From Bacteroidota bacterium (GTDB taxonomy: Bacteria; Bacteroidota; Bacteroidia; Chitinophagales; LD1): a stretch of DNA of 62,662 nt. The stretch is from positions 1-62,662 of the forward strand of contig CANHIG010000002.1 in assembly GCA_947461105.1 (NCBI GenBank), written 5' to 3'. A program made the position numbers and the translations under genes. Numbering within the stretch: position 1 is the first letter of the stretch; each line of letters begins with the position of its first letter. This document shows, piece by piece, positions 37,998-48,335 of the stretch. The notes beneath the pieces are model-generated. The model was not told where the DNA came from and did not search any database. It saw only the letters and a list, made by a program, of their open reading frames with translations.

Positions 37998-40094
37998 CTA
38001 TTTCACCACCGAAACTTTCCTGAAAGAGCTCCTTTTATTTCCATTGCTTAGCTGCAATAAATAAACACCTTCTGAAAGCTGACTTAAATCAATTGAAGCA
38101 ATTTTTCCAGTAATTATCTGTGATGAAATAAGTCTTGCCTGAATGTCAAAGAGCTCAAGCGTTGAGGGATAGACTGAGGAAACAATATTGAGTTTGGCTT
38201 TTGCAGGATTGGGAAATGTTTCAAAAAATAGCTGTTCGCTAACATCCTCAATACTATTATCCACAGACATATTTACTATGGTATCAATTCTGCATCCATA
38301 TTGATTGATAACAGACAGCGTATGCAGACCAGGAATCAGTGTAGAAAAATTTCCGCTAATTTGTGGTGTTGCATTATCCAGAGAGAAATACAAACTGTCA
38401 TTGCCCGCAGCCGCTGAAACGATAAAATTTCCGGCATTGCCTGAAGCTATAGGAATGGTAGTAATAGCTGAAAACTGAATGGGTTGCGGATAATCAAAAA
38501 AGAAACTCTTTTGAATCTGACAATGTGTATTATCAGAAATGGTAACGGTATAAATACCCTCAGTCAAATTATTTATGGTTGCAGTTGTATCTCCATTCGA
38601 CCACTGGAAATTAAGGTTTAATAAAGAAGATGAAATCGACACTGCCCCAGTAGGTGAATCCGCACAGGCTATATCACTTTTTTGAGTAGTTACACTAAAT
38701 GAACATGAATCGCAATTGAAACTCAGTTCATTCAAAAATGTTCGGTACAAATTCAACCTGCCATTAGATAAAGCCTTATTGTTCATCCCTCTCGTTCTCG
38801 TTACTCCTTCCAGCAAATACTTTCGGAACTGCAATGAAACAGAATCGGGTTTTGTAAAATAATCATCAATCAGTTTGGGACAAGCTAAAGCATACATCGC
38901 ACCAATGGCACCCGTAACATGAGGCGAGGCCATGGAAGTGCCGGATAGTGTCCCATATTGATTTCCTGTGAAAGTGCCATAAACAGCTGTTCCGGGCGCT
39001 CCTAAGTCAATGGTGTTTTTACCATAAGCAGCACTACCGTTTTTTGCATCAATGCGCGTTGTATTTGTCAATGAAATCAAATAATTACTGGGACATGAAG
39101 TGGGCACATCACCTACAGCATCGACATCGACACTCGAATTTGGCCCCGATGCTGCTGTAAGTATTCCATACTTGCCAAGCGAGTCATACATAGCACACCA
39201 TATAGGATAATTAGCAGGATTTGCACCAAAATTTCCAACTCCAAATGAAGCGTTAGTAGCTACAATAAATGCTCCTTTTGCACCATTCGTTGCATCGTAT
39301 AGCGAGCGCATATTTACCACATAATCATAGGCTCTCACCACTTCAGATTCCAACTCAGAAGAACCGCAAACGGGTAACACCTTAAAGCCCGGAGCTACTC
39401 CTGAAATACCTAATCCATTATTTCCTTTTGCAGCTGCTATCCCTGACACATGCATACTGTGATTATCACCACCGCTTACAAAACCATTATTATCAAAAGC
39501 ATTCCAACCACTATAATCATCAATATATCCGTTACCATCATCATCTATTCCATTGCTGTCAACTTCATTGTGATTTATAAAATAATTTATATCCTCATGA
39601 TTCAGATCAAATGAAACTTCAACAATGGCAAGCACAATTGTATCGCCCGAAGCTGTGGTAATTCTGTTTGGCAAAAGTGGCCAAGCCTCAGTAGCCTGAA
39701 TATCTGCACCCTCCACTCCTCCTGCTGAACCATCATTCAGTAAATTCCACTGAAAAGAAAAATAGGGATCATTGGGAATGAAACTCCTTGAAGTAACTCT
39801 GTGATTATATTGCATGCGCTGAATGGAATTAATATGAGCGAGTTCTGCAATGTCAGATTCAGTAATTGCGGCATTCTTTTCAATTAAAAAAATATTCATT
39901 CTTTTTGAAAGACATGACTTAACTATAAAGCCATTTGATGAAAACCGCTCTGGCAAATTATTTCCTGCGTGAAGCTGCACAATCAACTGATTAGTAACAG
40001 CAAATTCATCTTGAGTGATCTGCGCAAACATGGAATGAATTTGCCCGCAAAGGAGCAAAGTCATCAACAACATTTTTCTTTTCAAAAAAATCAT
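37998..40094 (-). CDS. S8 subtilase-family protein with a T9SS type A C-terminal sorting domain
   Basis: It has the His box NHSMHVSG, an Asn (ATNASFG) and the Ser box SGTSMASPHVTG. The C-terminus reads FFETFPNPAKAKLNI...EGVYLLQL...VSVVK. The start at 40094 (MIFLKRKMLLMTLLL, a signal peptide) is preferred over 40151. Confidence 0.8.
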   Translation of the reverse strand: MIFLKRKMLLMTLLLCGQIHSMFAQITQDEFAVTNQLIVQLHAGNNLPERFSSNGFIVKSCLSKRMNIFLIEKNAAITESDIAELAHINSIQRMQYNHRVTSRSFIPNDPYFSFQWNLLNDGSAGGVEGADIQATEAWPLLPNRITTASGDTIVLAIVEVSFDLNHEDINYFINHNEVDSNGIDDDGNGYIDDYSGWNAFDNNGFVSGGDNHSMHVSGIAAAKGNNGLGISGVAPGFKVLPVCGSSELESEVVRAYDYVVNMRSLYDATNGAKGAFIVATNASFGVGNFGANPANYPIWCAMYDSLGKYGILTAASGPNSSVDVDAVGDVPTSCPSNYLISLTNTTRIDAKNGSAAYGKNTIDLGAPGTAVYGTFTGNQYGTLSGTSMASPHVTGAIGAMYALACPKLIDDYFTKPDSVSLQFRKYLLEGVTRTRGMNNKALSNGRLNLYRTFLNELSFNCDSCSFSVTTQKSDIACADSPTGAVSISSSLLNLNFQWSNGDTTATINNLTEGIYTVTISDNTHCQIQKSFFFDYPQPIQFSAITTIPIASGNAGNFIVSAAAGNDSLYFSLDNATPQISGNFSTLIPGLHTLSVINQYGCRIDTIVNMSVDNSIEDVSEQLFFETFPNPAKAKLNIVSSVYPSTLELFDIQARLISSQIITGKIASIDLSQLSEGVYLLQLSNGNKRSSFRKVSVVK

Positions 40095-41434
40095 AATCCT
40101 TTTTCTTTCAACCATTCTTCTGCCAGTTTCAAAACAGAAGCTGATTCCCATTGGTTTTCTATATCATGAAGATGCATAATCTTATCGAGAAGTTCGCTTT
40201 GCTCTTTACTTTTTGACAATGCTGTGGCATAAGGCAACTTGCTAAAAGTTACCATGCTGTATAAAGTCATGAATCTTTCTGGAAAATGAGCAGCAATTCG
40301 CTTCTCAATCTTGGTTCGCAATTGAAAATCAGGACGCGCAGAAAGGTCACGCATTTCGATATAATTGTATAAAGCCAGATTCGCTATTGCATCAGCATTG
40401 GGCTTTCTGGATTGCTGATAGGCTTCCAGCCATTCCTCCTGATTTGAGTTTTCTACCAACAATTCAAACAAAACATTCACATCCTCAAATCCGCAATTCA
40501 TTCCTTGACCATAGAAAGGCACAATAGCGTGAGCCGCATCACCAATCAAAGCAAAGTTATTATGCACCCAGGGATAGCAGCGCATAGTAACCAAAGAGGA
40601 AGTAGGATTTTTCTTAAAGTCTCTTACTAAATCAGGCATGAGTTTGAAAGCAGAAGGGAAATGAGTGCTGAAATATTTTTCTATATCTGCATCAGTTTTA
40701 ATAGAATCAAAACCATTTGCCCCATCATAAGACGCAAATAAAGTACATGTAAAACTACCATCAGTATTAGGCAAAGCAATCATCATAAAACTTTGACGCG
40801 GCCATATATGCAAAGCATTTTTTTCTAACTGCCATTGCCCGGCTGCATCCTCAGGTATGTGTAACTCCTTGTATGCATAAGGCTCATAGGTCTGTGAAAA
40901 ATTGAAGTTATGTGTTCGCTGCATGGCATATCGCAATTCGCTGAAAGCACCATCAGACCCAAATGTAAGCCCTACCTGCTGAGTGGTCAATGCTCCGGTC
41001 TTTGTATTTCTGAAGCTAACCGTACTATTTTCAAAATCAACAGCCTCGCAACGCTGATTGAAAAAGAAATCTGTATGATTAAATTCATCGGCTTCAGCAA
41101 TCATGATTTTGTTTAAATCACCACGAGAAACGGAATAAATTGCCTGATTATCATCGCCATAGGGTATAAAATTTGTAGTGCCGTCTAAATGATGAATCAT
41201 ACGCCCCTTCATAGGAATAGCAATAGGTCGCACTTTTTCTGCAAGCCCTATTTTTTCCAGTGCGCGCCACCCCCTGTCGCTCAATGCCAAATTAATCGAC
41301 CTTCCTCTTTCAGCATCATTTCCGCGCGGGTCGCTGCGCCTCTCAAATATCTGAACACTATGCCCATTTTTCGAAAGAAAACAAGCCAGAATTGACCCTA
41401 CCAGACCTCCGCCAATTAATGTTGTTTGTTTCAT
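40091..41434 (-). CDS. kmo: Kynurenine 3-monooxygenase (FAD-dependent)
   Basis: It has GGGLVGS FAD binding, RSINLALSDRGWRAL and GDAAHAIVPFYGQGMNCGFED. Its 447-aa length fits bacterial KMO. Confidence 0.8.
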   Translation of the reverse strand: MKQTTLIGGGLVGSILACFLSKNGHSVQIFERRSDPRGNDAERGRSINLALSDRGWRALEKIGLAEKVRPIAIPMKGRMIHHLDGTTNFIPYGDDNQAIYSVSRGDLNKIMIAEADEFNHTDFFFNQRCEAVDFENSTVSFRNTKTGALTTQQVGLTFGSDGAFSELRYAMQRTHNFNFSQTYEPYAYKELHIPEDAAGQWQLEKNALHIWPRQSFMMIALPNTDGSFTCTLFASYDGANGFDSIKTDADIEKYFSTHFPSAFKLMPDLVRDFKKNPTSSLVTMRCYPWVHNNFALIGDAAHAIVPFYGQGMNCGFEDVNVLFELLVENSNQEEWLEAYQQSRKPNADAIANLALYNYIEMRDLSARPDFQLRTKIEKRIAAHFPERFMTLYSMVTFSKLPYATALSKSKEQSELLDKIMHLHDIENQWESASVLKLAEEWLKEKGL

Positions 41435-41520
41435 ATCTATTTATTTAATTTAAACCGAGACAAAATAAATAAACCATCCGATGATTTATTAGTTTTGTGG
41501 CCTAACTAAAAATATAATTT

Positions 41521-41973
41521 ATGTCATTGGAGGAAAAGATAAATACTGATTTAAAGGCGGCCATGATGGCTAAAGACCAGGTAGCCATGAGATCTTTGAG
41601 AGGAATAAAAGCGGCAATTTTAAATGCCAAGACAGAAAAAGGCGCTTCAGGCGAACTCACTACAGAAAAAGAAATACAGCTTTTAACCAAAATGGTAAAA
41701 CAGCGAAAAGAGTCTATCGAAATTTTTGAGCAACAGGGAAGAGCAGATTTAGCTACTACAGAAAAAGAAGAAGTAGCTATCATTGAAAAATTCCTACCTG
41801 CTCAAATGTCTGAAGCTGAGATCAGAGAGGCTATCTCAAAAATAATAGCTGAAACTGGAGCTACGTCAGCCAAAGAAATGGGGAAAGTTATGGGAGCTGC
41901 ATCAAAACAATTGGCAGGAAAAGCTGACAATAAATTGGTATCTCAAATCGTTAAAGAGTTATTACCTCAATAA
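41521..41973 (+). CDS. yqeY: GatB/YqeY domain protein
   Basis: The 150-aa protein begins LEEKINTDLKAAMMAKDQVAMRSLRGIKAAI, which is typical of YqeY. Confidence 0.85.
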   Translation: MSLEEKINTDLKAAMMAKDQVAMRSLRGIKAAILNAKTEKGASGELTTEKEIQLLTKMVKQRKESIEIFEQQGRADLATTEKEEVAIIEKFLPAQMSEAEIREAISKIIAETGATSAKEMGKVMGAASKQLAGKADNKLVSQIVKELLPQ

Positions 41974-41982
41974 TTTTTAGTT

Positions 41983-42534
41983 GTGATTTTTGACATTGTA
42001 TTTTTGGTATTTATCGGAGTAGCATTTTGGTGGGGCTATACTAAAGGCATCATCTATTCGCTATTTTCATTGGCAGGATATTTTGCAGGAATTTTCGCAG
42101 CGTTGAAATTCTCCTACATCATTGTGAAATATCTGAAACAATTCATGGATTTGAGTCCAAAGATTTTATCCATTATCGCTTTCAGTCTGGTTTTTATGTT
42201 CATCATACTGCTAGTCAGGCTACTAGCCTGGGTGTTGGAGCAAGTGCTTAAATCATTTTCACTCAATATTACCAATCAGCTTATTGGCGGGGGCATTCAT
42301 GCCATGATCGGGCTTTATATTTTGTGTGTATTAGTATGGTTTGGCAATAAATGGAATATGCTTCCTCTGTCTGAAAAAAATACATCGCATGTATATGGAT
42401 ATATTGAAAATCTTGCTCCAGATGTGATGAATACTACCGGAAGCGTAATCCCTGTAATGAAAACAACTTTCAGCGAATATCAGTCGCTGCTCACTGAAGA
42501 AGGTAAAGCAGAAGATGAAAATACTGCTGATTGA
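41983..42534 (+). CDS. cvpA: CvpA-family membrane protein
   Basis: It has a GTG start and four TM segments. The N-terminus IFDIVFLVFIGVAFWWGYTKG resembles colicin V production proteins. Confidence 0.7.
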   Translation: MIFDIVFLVFIGVAFWWGYTKGIIYSLFSLAGYFAGIFAALKFSYIIVKYLKQFMDLSPKILSIIAFSLVFMFIILLVRLLAWVLEQVLKSFSLNITNQLIGGGIHAMIGLYILCVLVWFGNKWNMLPLSEKNTSHVYGYIENLAPDVMNTTGSVIPVMKTTFSEYQSLLTEEGKAEDENTAD

Positions 42535-43096
42535 TAACTATGATTCCTTCACATACAATCTCTATGATTACATTTGGCAAAACAATGTAGCCTGCGATGT
42601 AGTGAAAAATGATGTATCGTTAGATTCCATCGATTTCGAAGCGTATGCCGGAATAGTAATTTCTCCGGGACCAAAAACACCAAAGGAAGCCGGAATCACT
42701 AATGAAATTTTAAAAAAGTTTTTTGATATAAAACCTATTCTCGGAATTTGTCTGGGGCATCAGGCTGCGGGAGTATTATTTAAAGCGGAACTAGTGAAAG
42801 CCAAAAAACCCATGCACGGTAAAACAAGTTTAGTCCAATTATCGAAGCATTATTTATTTGATGAAATAGGCAGTGAAACAGAGGTAATGCGTTATCATTC
42901 ATTAGTATTACAGAATATCAAAAAACCATTAAATGTTATTGCTGAAACAAATGAAAAGGAAGTGATGGCCATATCACATGACAATGGGTTATTGTGTGGT
43001 ATTCAGTTTCATCTTGAATCGATTCTTTCGCCTGATGGATTCAGAATAATATGCAACTGGATAAAGCATGTTAAAAACTTAACATTGAAACGTTAA
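42515..43096 (+). CDS. Glutamine amidotransferase component II of anthranilate/aminodeoxychorismate synthase
   Basis: It has KILLIDNYDSFTYNL, the catalytic GICLGHQ motif and the GIQFHLES triad. Confidence 0.88.
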   Translation: MKILLIDNYDSFTYNLYDYIWQNNVACDVVKNDVSLDSIDFEAYAGIVISPGPKTPKEAGITNEILKKFFDIKPILGICLGHQAAGVLFKAELVKAKKPMHGKTSLVQLSKHYLFDEIGSETEVMRYHSLVLQNIKKPLNVIAETNEKEVMAISHDNGLLCGIQFHLESILSPDGFRIICNWIKHVKNLTLKR

Positions 43097-43137
43097 ATAG
43101 TTGGTGGGAAAATCTATTTTTGATACAATTGATTTGG

Positions 43138-43905
43138 ATGTCGTTACAAATAAAAGAAGAAAACGGTTTTAAGTATGTGGAAGTAGGATCTGGTCCTATA
43201 ATCATGAATCTTCATGGACTATTTGGAGCCTTGAGCAATTTCAAAGATGTTACAGATTATTTCAGCAAACACTACACTGTAGTCATTCCAATTTTGCCTC
43301 TATACAGCCTTGAACTTGATAAAACAAGTGTGACAGGCATGGTTGATTATGTGGATGCCTTTATTGAATATAAAGGATACAAAGATGTGAACCTCATTGG
43401 CAATTCACTGGGTGGACACATTGCATTACTATATACCCTGCGAAAGCAAGAGAAAGTAAAGAGTATGACGCTCACTGCCAGCTCAGGACTTTTCGAGAGT
43501 TCACTTGGCGACCAATATCCCAGAAAAAGTGATAAAGAATATATCAAAAGAAAAACAGCAGAGACTTTTTACAATCCTGCTTTAGCAACAGATGAATTGG
43601 TAGAAGAAGTATACAGTATTGTAAATACAAGAGAAAAGGCAATCAGAGTTATTGTTATTGCAAAATCAGCAGTGAGACACAACCTTAGAGATGAATTGCA
43701 TCAAATTACTATTCCCTGCAATTTGATTTGGGGAATGAATGATACTATCACACCTCCTTTTGTAGGAGAAGAGTTTCACAAGTTGCTTCAAAATTCAGAA
43801 CTCACTTTGTTAGATGAATGCGGACATGCCCCAATGATGGAGCTGCCTCAAGAGTTTAATGATTGTATGGGTCGTTTTCTGAACAAAGTTTACCAAAGCT
43901 CTTAA
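43138..43905 (+). CDS. Alpha/beta-fold hydrolase
   Basis: It has an HG oxyanion motif (NLHGLFG), a nucleophile elbow (GNSLGGH) and a C-terminal CGHAP. Confidence 0.8.
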   Translation: MSLQIKEENGFKYVEVGSGPIIMNLHGLFGALSNFKDVTDYFSKHYTVVIPILPLYSLELDKTSVTGMVDYVDAFIEYKGYKDVNLIGNSLGGHIALLYTLRKQEKVKSMTLTASSGLFESSLGDQYPRKSDKEYIKRKTAETFYNPALATDELVEEVYSIVNTREKAIRVIVIAKSAVRHNLRDELHQITIPCNLIWGMNDTITPPFVGEEFHKLLQNSELTLLDECGHAPMMELPQEFNDCMGRFLNKVYQSS

Positions 43906-43937
43906 ACATTTATACAACCATAGACGTACAAAAATAT

Positions 43938-44603
43938 ATGAGAGCCGGAGAAATAGCATCTAATGTAATGAAGCCCCTTAACTCAAACGGAACAGGCGAG
44001 CAAGCTATTGTTGCCATGCATGAATACAACCTAAACCAAATGCCGGTAACTGATGGCGGCAACTATTTTGGAATTATTTCACTGGAAGAAATCACTTCGC
44101 TCAAACATCTTAATGATCCTATCATTCAGATTCACACTTCGTTGAAAAGACCTTTCGTGTTGGAATCTTCTCATTTATTTGATGTAATGAAGGCCGCACT
44201 GGAGTTTAATGTGAAAATTATACCTGTACTTTCTGATCAGACAAACGAATACATGGGAGTTATTTCTGCGGAGAGTTGCCTGAAAGCATTTTCAGAACTC
44301 AACTCAATAGTGGATGAAGGAGGTATCATTGAAGTATCGGTTCCTATAAATAATTTCGCCTTAAATGAAATCATAAGAATCGTTGAAAATAATGACGTAC
44401 GGGTTTTAGCCTGCTACACAAACATTGATCATAAAAACGGTAAAGTAGAAATTACTATAAAAACAAACTCTAACGATTTAGCAGCAGTCATAGCCGCTTT
44501 TGAACGACATGGGCTTGAAATCAAAGACTTCTTTCACGAACAGGAATACACTGAAAATCTTAAAGACCGATATGACGCATTGATGCGATTTATCAATGTA
44601 TAA
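43938..44603 (+). CDS. CBS-domain pair protein
   Basis: The ATG at 43938 avoids overlap with the upstream gene. It has two CBS-like repeats (MPVTDGGNYFGIIS, IPVLSDQTNEYMGVIS) followed by an ACT-like tail. Confidence 0.7.
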   Translation: MRAGEIASNVMKPLNSNGTGEQAIVAMHEYNLNQMPVTDGGNYFGIISLEEITSLKHLNDPIIQIHTSLKRPFVLESSHLFDVMKAALEFNVKIIPVLSDQTNEYMGVISAESCLKAFSELNSIVDEGGIIEVSVPINNFALNEIIRIVENNDVRVLACYTNIDHKNGKVEITIKTNSNDLAAVIAAFERHGLEIKDFFHEQEYTENLKDRYDALMRFINV

Positions 44604-44612
44604 ACGCGGAAA

Positions 44613-45356
44613 TTATTTTTTTGCAAGCCACTGATTATATCTTTCTTCAGCTACTTCCCAGTTCAGCACTTCCCAAAATCCTTTTATATAATCTACTCTC
44701 TTATTTTGGTACTTGAGATAATAGGCATGCTCCCAAACATCTAGCCCCAGAACCGGAAAGCCTTTCTGCGAAACGATTTGACTCATCAATGGATTATCCT
44801 GATTAGGAGTAGATGAAACAAACAATTGATTCTCCTTATCTAAACTTAACCATGCCCAACCGGAACCAAATCTGTTCTTTGATTCATTAGCAAAAAGCTC
44901 TTTGAATTTATAGAATGAGCCAAATTTCGCGTCGATAGCTTTCGCCAAATTGCCAACTGGCACACGAGATTTAGAAGGAAACAATAATTTCCAGAATAAA
45001 GTATGATTATAGTGTCCGCCACCATTATTTCTGATAGCGGTATCATTTTCTTTAATGGCAGATAAAACATCTTCAATAATTATGCCTTTAAGTTTTGAAT
45101 CTTTAAGGGCATCATTCAGATTTTTCACATAAGCTGCATGATGTTTGGTAAGATGAATCTCCATTGTTTTAGCATCTATATTCGGCTCCAATGCATCGTA
45201 CGCAAAACCTAATTCAGGCAGCTTAAATCCATCTTTTCCACTATCTAGTGAAAGCGCAGCCGGAAACTTGGGTGCTGTTTTAGCAAATGACTTTGAGCTT
45301 ACAGCTAATCCTACCGATATCAATGAAAGTGTTTTGAGAAATTCGCGCTTATTCAT
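44613..45356 (-). CDS. Fe/Mn superoxide dismutase with an N-terminal Tat-like export signal
   Basis: It has SOD motifs ([30 protein letters not shown]) preceded by [25 protein letters not shown]. Confidence 0.9.
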   Translation of the reverse strand: MNKREFLKTLSLISVGLAVSSKSFAKTAPKFPAALSLDSGKDGFKLPELGFAYDALEPNIDAKTMEIHLTKHHAAYVKNLNDALKDSKLKGIIIEDVLSAIKENDTAIRNNGGGHYNHTLFWKLLFPSKSRVPVGNLAKAIDAKFGSFYKFKELFANESKNRFGSGWAWLSLDKENQLFVSSTPNQDNPLMSQIVSQKGFPVLGLDVWEHAYYLKYQNKRVDYIKGFWEVLNWEVAEERYNQWLAKK

Positions 45357-45468
45357 AATTGCCCTGAGAATTGTTCAAAGCTAAGTTAGCCATTTGAATG
45401 AACAATTTCCATGCAAAAAATTTAATTTGCAAAAATTATATGTAGAAGATGTAACGCAAAAAACTTCC

Positions 45469-46782
45469 TTACTGCTTCATCCTTGGATCAAGAGCATCGG
45501 TAAGTCCTTCGCCAATCAGGTTGAAGATAGTAACAGTAATAAAAATAGCGAAGCCCGGAAAAATTGCCAACCACCATGCCGGAACATAACTGCGTGCTGC
45601 AGATAACAGACTGCCCCAGGTTACCTGCTCAGGAGCTACCCCAATTCCAAGAAACGAAAGACTTGATTCTGTAAGGATGGCTCCTGCCACTCCAAATGCA
45701 ATAGTAATCAACACAGAGGTCAGTGAGTTTGGAATAGCATGTTTGAAAATAATTCGCGCTTCGCTTAATCCCATTGCCTGTGCGGCTTCTATAAATTCCA
45801 AACTACGCACTTTCAGTAATTCGGCTCTCACATATTTTGCGATACCGGTCCATCCTAAAAATCCAATAACTATCATGGTGATGAAGATGGAAGGCTTATT
45901 CATGATAGCACAGATAGAAAGAATCAAAAGAATTGTGGGTACAGAAACCATCACCTCTATCAAACGTGAAATCAAAATATCCATAGGGATACTGATTTGC
46001 TTGCCTAGAAAAGGAACTTTTTTCAGCACTATACTGAGCAAGTTCGGGATAATCATAATTACTGTAAAAATCACAAAGCTTATTACCAGCTCTATGATAA
46101 ACTTGCCGATGTTTTCTGAAAGAGCATCAGATAGAGCATAGCTTCTCGCCATAAAAGCATAGAAAACAGCCAGACAAAGAAATAGCAGATTGAGGTATAA
46201 ACGCACCCTACTCATTTTTAATTTTGTATCGCCAAAATATCCCGCCATTGCGCCTAAAACAATTCCGATTATTACAGCAATAGACATAGAAATCACACCC
46301 ACCATCATTGCTACTCTGGTTCCCTGAATCATACCGCTCATCACATCTCTGCCCAGTTTATCTGTTCCCAGAAAATGTTTAAACTTAAACGAAGGAACAT
46401 CCTGCTCATCAAAAGGACCTTTGAAGTCTGCATTTTTCAAATCCATAAACTGCGGGGAATACGGAATCAATGACAGAACAGCCCAGTCGTATTTTAAAGC
46501 ATGCCAATCTACATTGGCTAAATCTGTGTGCCATTTAGAAATACCCAAGCTCACGCCATAGCTGTTCATTACAGGGAAATAGGTATTGCCTTTATAGCTG
46601 CATGCAATTGGTAAATCATTTGCAATAAAGTCTGCGAAAACACCCACAAATATTACGATGTAAATAAAACGAAGCGACCATACCGCCATTCTGTTTTTCT
46701 TAAACTGTCTTTTTACAATGGCTGAATAGCTTTGATCTAAGGGAGCTGGAGCAGTTTGAATTTTATTTGTTGTTGCTGACAT
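45469..46782 (-). CDS. ABC peptide/nickel-type importer permease (OppC/DppC-like) with an enlarged periplasmic loop
   Basis: It has the BPD-transporter EAA-type region (AAQAMGLSEARIIFKHAIPN). At 437 aa it is longer than the ~300 aa usual for the family. Confidence 0.85.
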   Translation of the reverse strand: MSATTNKIQTAPAPLDQSYSAIVKRQFKKNRMAVWSLRFIYIVIFVGVFADFIANDLPIACSYKGNTYFPVMNSYGVSLGISKWHTDLANVDWHALKYDWAVLSLIPYSPQFMDLKNADFKGPFDEQDVPSFKFKHFLGTDKLGRDVMSGMIQGTRVAMMVGVISMSIAVIIGIVLGAMAGYFGDTKLKMSRVRLYLNLLFLCLAVFYAFMARSYALSDALSENIGKFIIELVISFVIFTVIMIIPNLLSIVLKKVPFLGKQISIPMDILISRLIEVMVSVPTILLILSICAIMNKPSIFITMIVIGFLGWTGIAKYVRAELLKVRSLEFIEAAQAMGLSEARIIFKHAIPNSLTSVLITIAFGVAGAILTESSLSFLGIGVAPEQVTWGSLLSAARSYVPAWWLAIFPGFAIFITVTIFNLIGEGLTDALDPRMKQ

Positions 46783-46795
46783 AAATCTTTTGAAA

Positions 46796-48271
46796 TTATT
46801 TGTTGAAAGAAATTCTCGGGTCTACTACTGCATACAAAATATCGGCTACTAAATTTCCAACCAAAGTCAAAATAGCTGAAAGAAGCATCACCGTAAACAC
46901 CATCGGATAATCTCGTGCAATCAAGCCTTCAAATGAAAGCTTACCCATGCCCGGAATAGCAAAAATATTTTCAATGATAAATGCTCCTGCGATAGCTGAT
47001 GGAAATATGCTGGCAAAAATGGTGATAATAGGAATCAGTGAATTGCGGAACGCATGTTTCCAAATAATTTTGTTGTCTGGCAGTCCTTTCGCTTTTGCAG
47101 TTCGTATATAATCCTGACGCAACACAGCCTGAACACCTCCGCGCATTTGACGCGACAAATATGCCCACGAGCCATAAGTAAGGCAGATAATCGGAAGGAT
47201 AATATGCACAGCTCTCTCAATAAAAATATCCATCGCGCTCATAGTGTCATCCACCTCACCTAAACCGAAAGTTGGAAAGAAATTCATGCCATATTCATCA
47301 GTAGTGAGAAAAGTAATCAGCAAGGTAGCTATCCAGAACACTGGCAGTGAGTTGAGCAAAAACAAAATAAAAGTAACCACATTATCTGCTACACTTCCTT
47401 TCTTTCTGGCACTCCATACACCAAGCGGAATGGCTATAATATATGCCAGAAAAATACTGATTAAGTTGAGCATCAAAGTCCAGGGTAAAGCATCTTTCAT
47501 TTTTGACCAGACAGGTCTTTTGTCCAGATAGGAGAATCCAAAATCTCCTCTGAGAAAGCCTTCACTTTGGTCAGGCTTTACTTCACCAAAGAAGTATGGC
47601 TTATCACCAAATAGCCAGCGGTGAAACTGATTATTTAATCCGTAAAAATGAATTACAGGAATATAGTTCTTTGCAGTGGTAGCTGTATTTTTCACTTCAT
47701 TATAAGATGCCTCAAGCACATTTAACTTTTCAGCAACATGCTGAAAGGAATGAGACATTGACGCTGCCTTTTTCATAACATTAATAGAAGCGGTGATTTC
47801 ATCATCTTTATTCAACTGAAAAAGACTATTTACACTACTGTTGATTTCTCGGCTTGGTTCAAATGTGGAGGAGTCCTGCACTATAGTGTACATAGCGTAT
47901 TGCACAGCCTTAATGTTGGCAAAGTATTTTTCAATCTTTGGCCAGTTACCATATTTCGATATAAGTCTGGAAAGATTTTCGCGCTCCGGCTTTTTGGTGT
48001 AGCGATAAAGAGTATCAGGCATTGCAGCATTCGACAAATCGAGATAAAAAGTAGGCAGATGTAGGCCCATCTTTTCCGCCATTGCTGCATAAGCTTTTTC
48101 CCCGGCAATTTTCTCGGTTGTTTGTCCAGCCTCGCCTCCATTGTCCTTGTTGCCTAATGCCAATTTCACCGGATCACCGGGAGCCATCTTGCTCAGCGCA
48201 AAGGTAACTAATGCGATAATGGCCAAAGTAGGGATAAAGTAGAAAAACCTCTTGAGTACGTATTTAAACAT
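46796..48271 (-). CDS. ABC peptide/nickel-type importer permease (OppB/DppB-like) with a ~200-aa insert after TM1
   Basis: The N-terminus MFKYVLKRFFYFIPTL and the region DYIRTAKAKGL...IIWKHAFRNSLIP are OppB hallmarks. It is 491 aa. Confidence 0.85.
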   Translation of the reverse strand: MFKYVLKRFFYFIPTLAIIALVTFALSKMAPGDPVKLALGNKDNGGEAGQTTEKIAGEKAYAAMAEKMGLHLPTFYLDLSNAAMPDTLYRYTKKPERENLSRLISKYGNWPKIEKYFANIKAVQYAMYTIVQDSSTFEPSREINSSVNSLFQLNKDDEITASINVMKKAASMSHSFQHVAEKLNVLEASYNEVKNTATTAKNYIPVIHFYGLNNQFHRWLFGDKPYFFGEVKPDQSEGFLRGDFGFSYLDKRPVWSKMKDALPWTLMLNLISIFLAYIIAIPLGVWSARKKGSVADNVVTFILFLLNSLPVFWIATLLITFLTTDEYGMNFFPTFGLGEVDDTMSAMDIFIERAVHIILPIICLTYGSWAYLSRQMRGGVQAVLRQDYIRTAKAKGLPDNKIIWKHAFRNSLIPIITIFASIFPSAIAGAFIIENIFAIPGMGKLSFEGLIARDYPMVFTVMLLSAILTLVGNLVADILYAVVDPRISFNK

Positions 48272-48335
48272 AATATTTTGCTATGTAGCCCAAAAATATG
48301 TTATTAAGTGTAACTATCTAATATTTTTTTCACCA

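Noticed and set aside
40095-40151. A 19-codon N-terminal extension of the subtilase ORF (MGISFCFETGRRMVERKRI) that overlaps the end of the KMO gene.
   Set aside because: The downstream ATG at 40094 yields a proper signal peptide and forms an ATGA junction with the KMO stop. The extension has no signal-peptide character.
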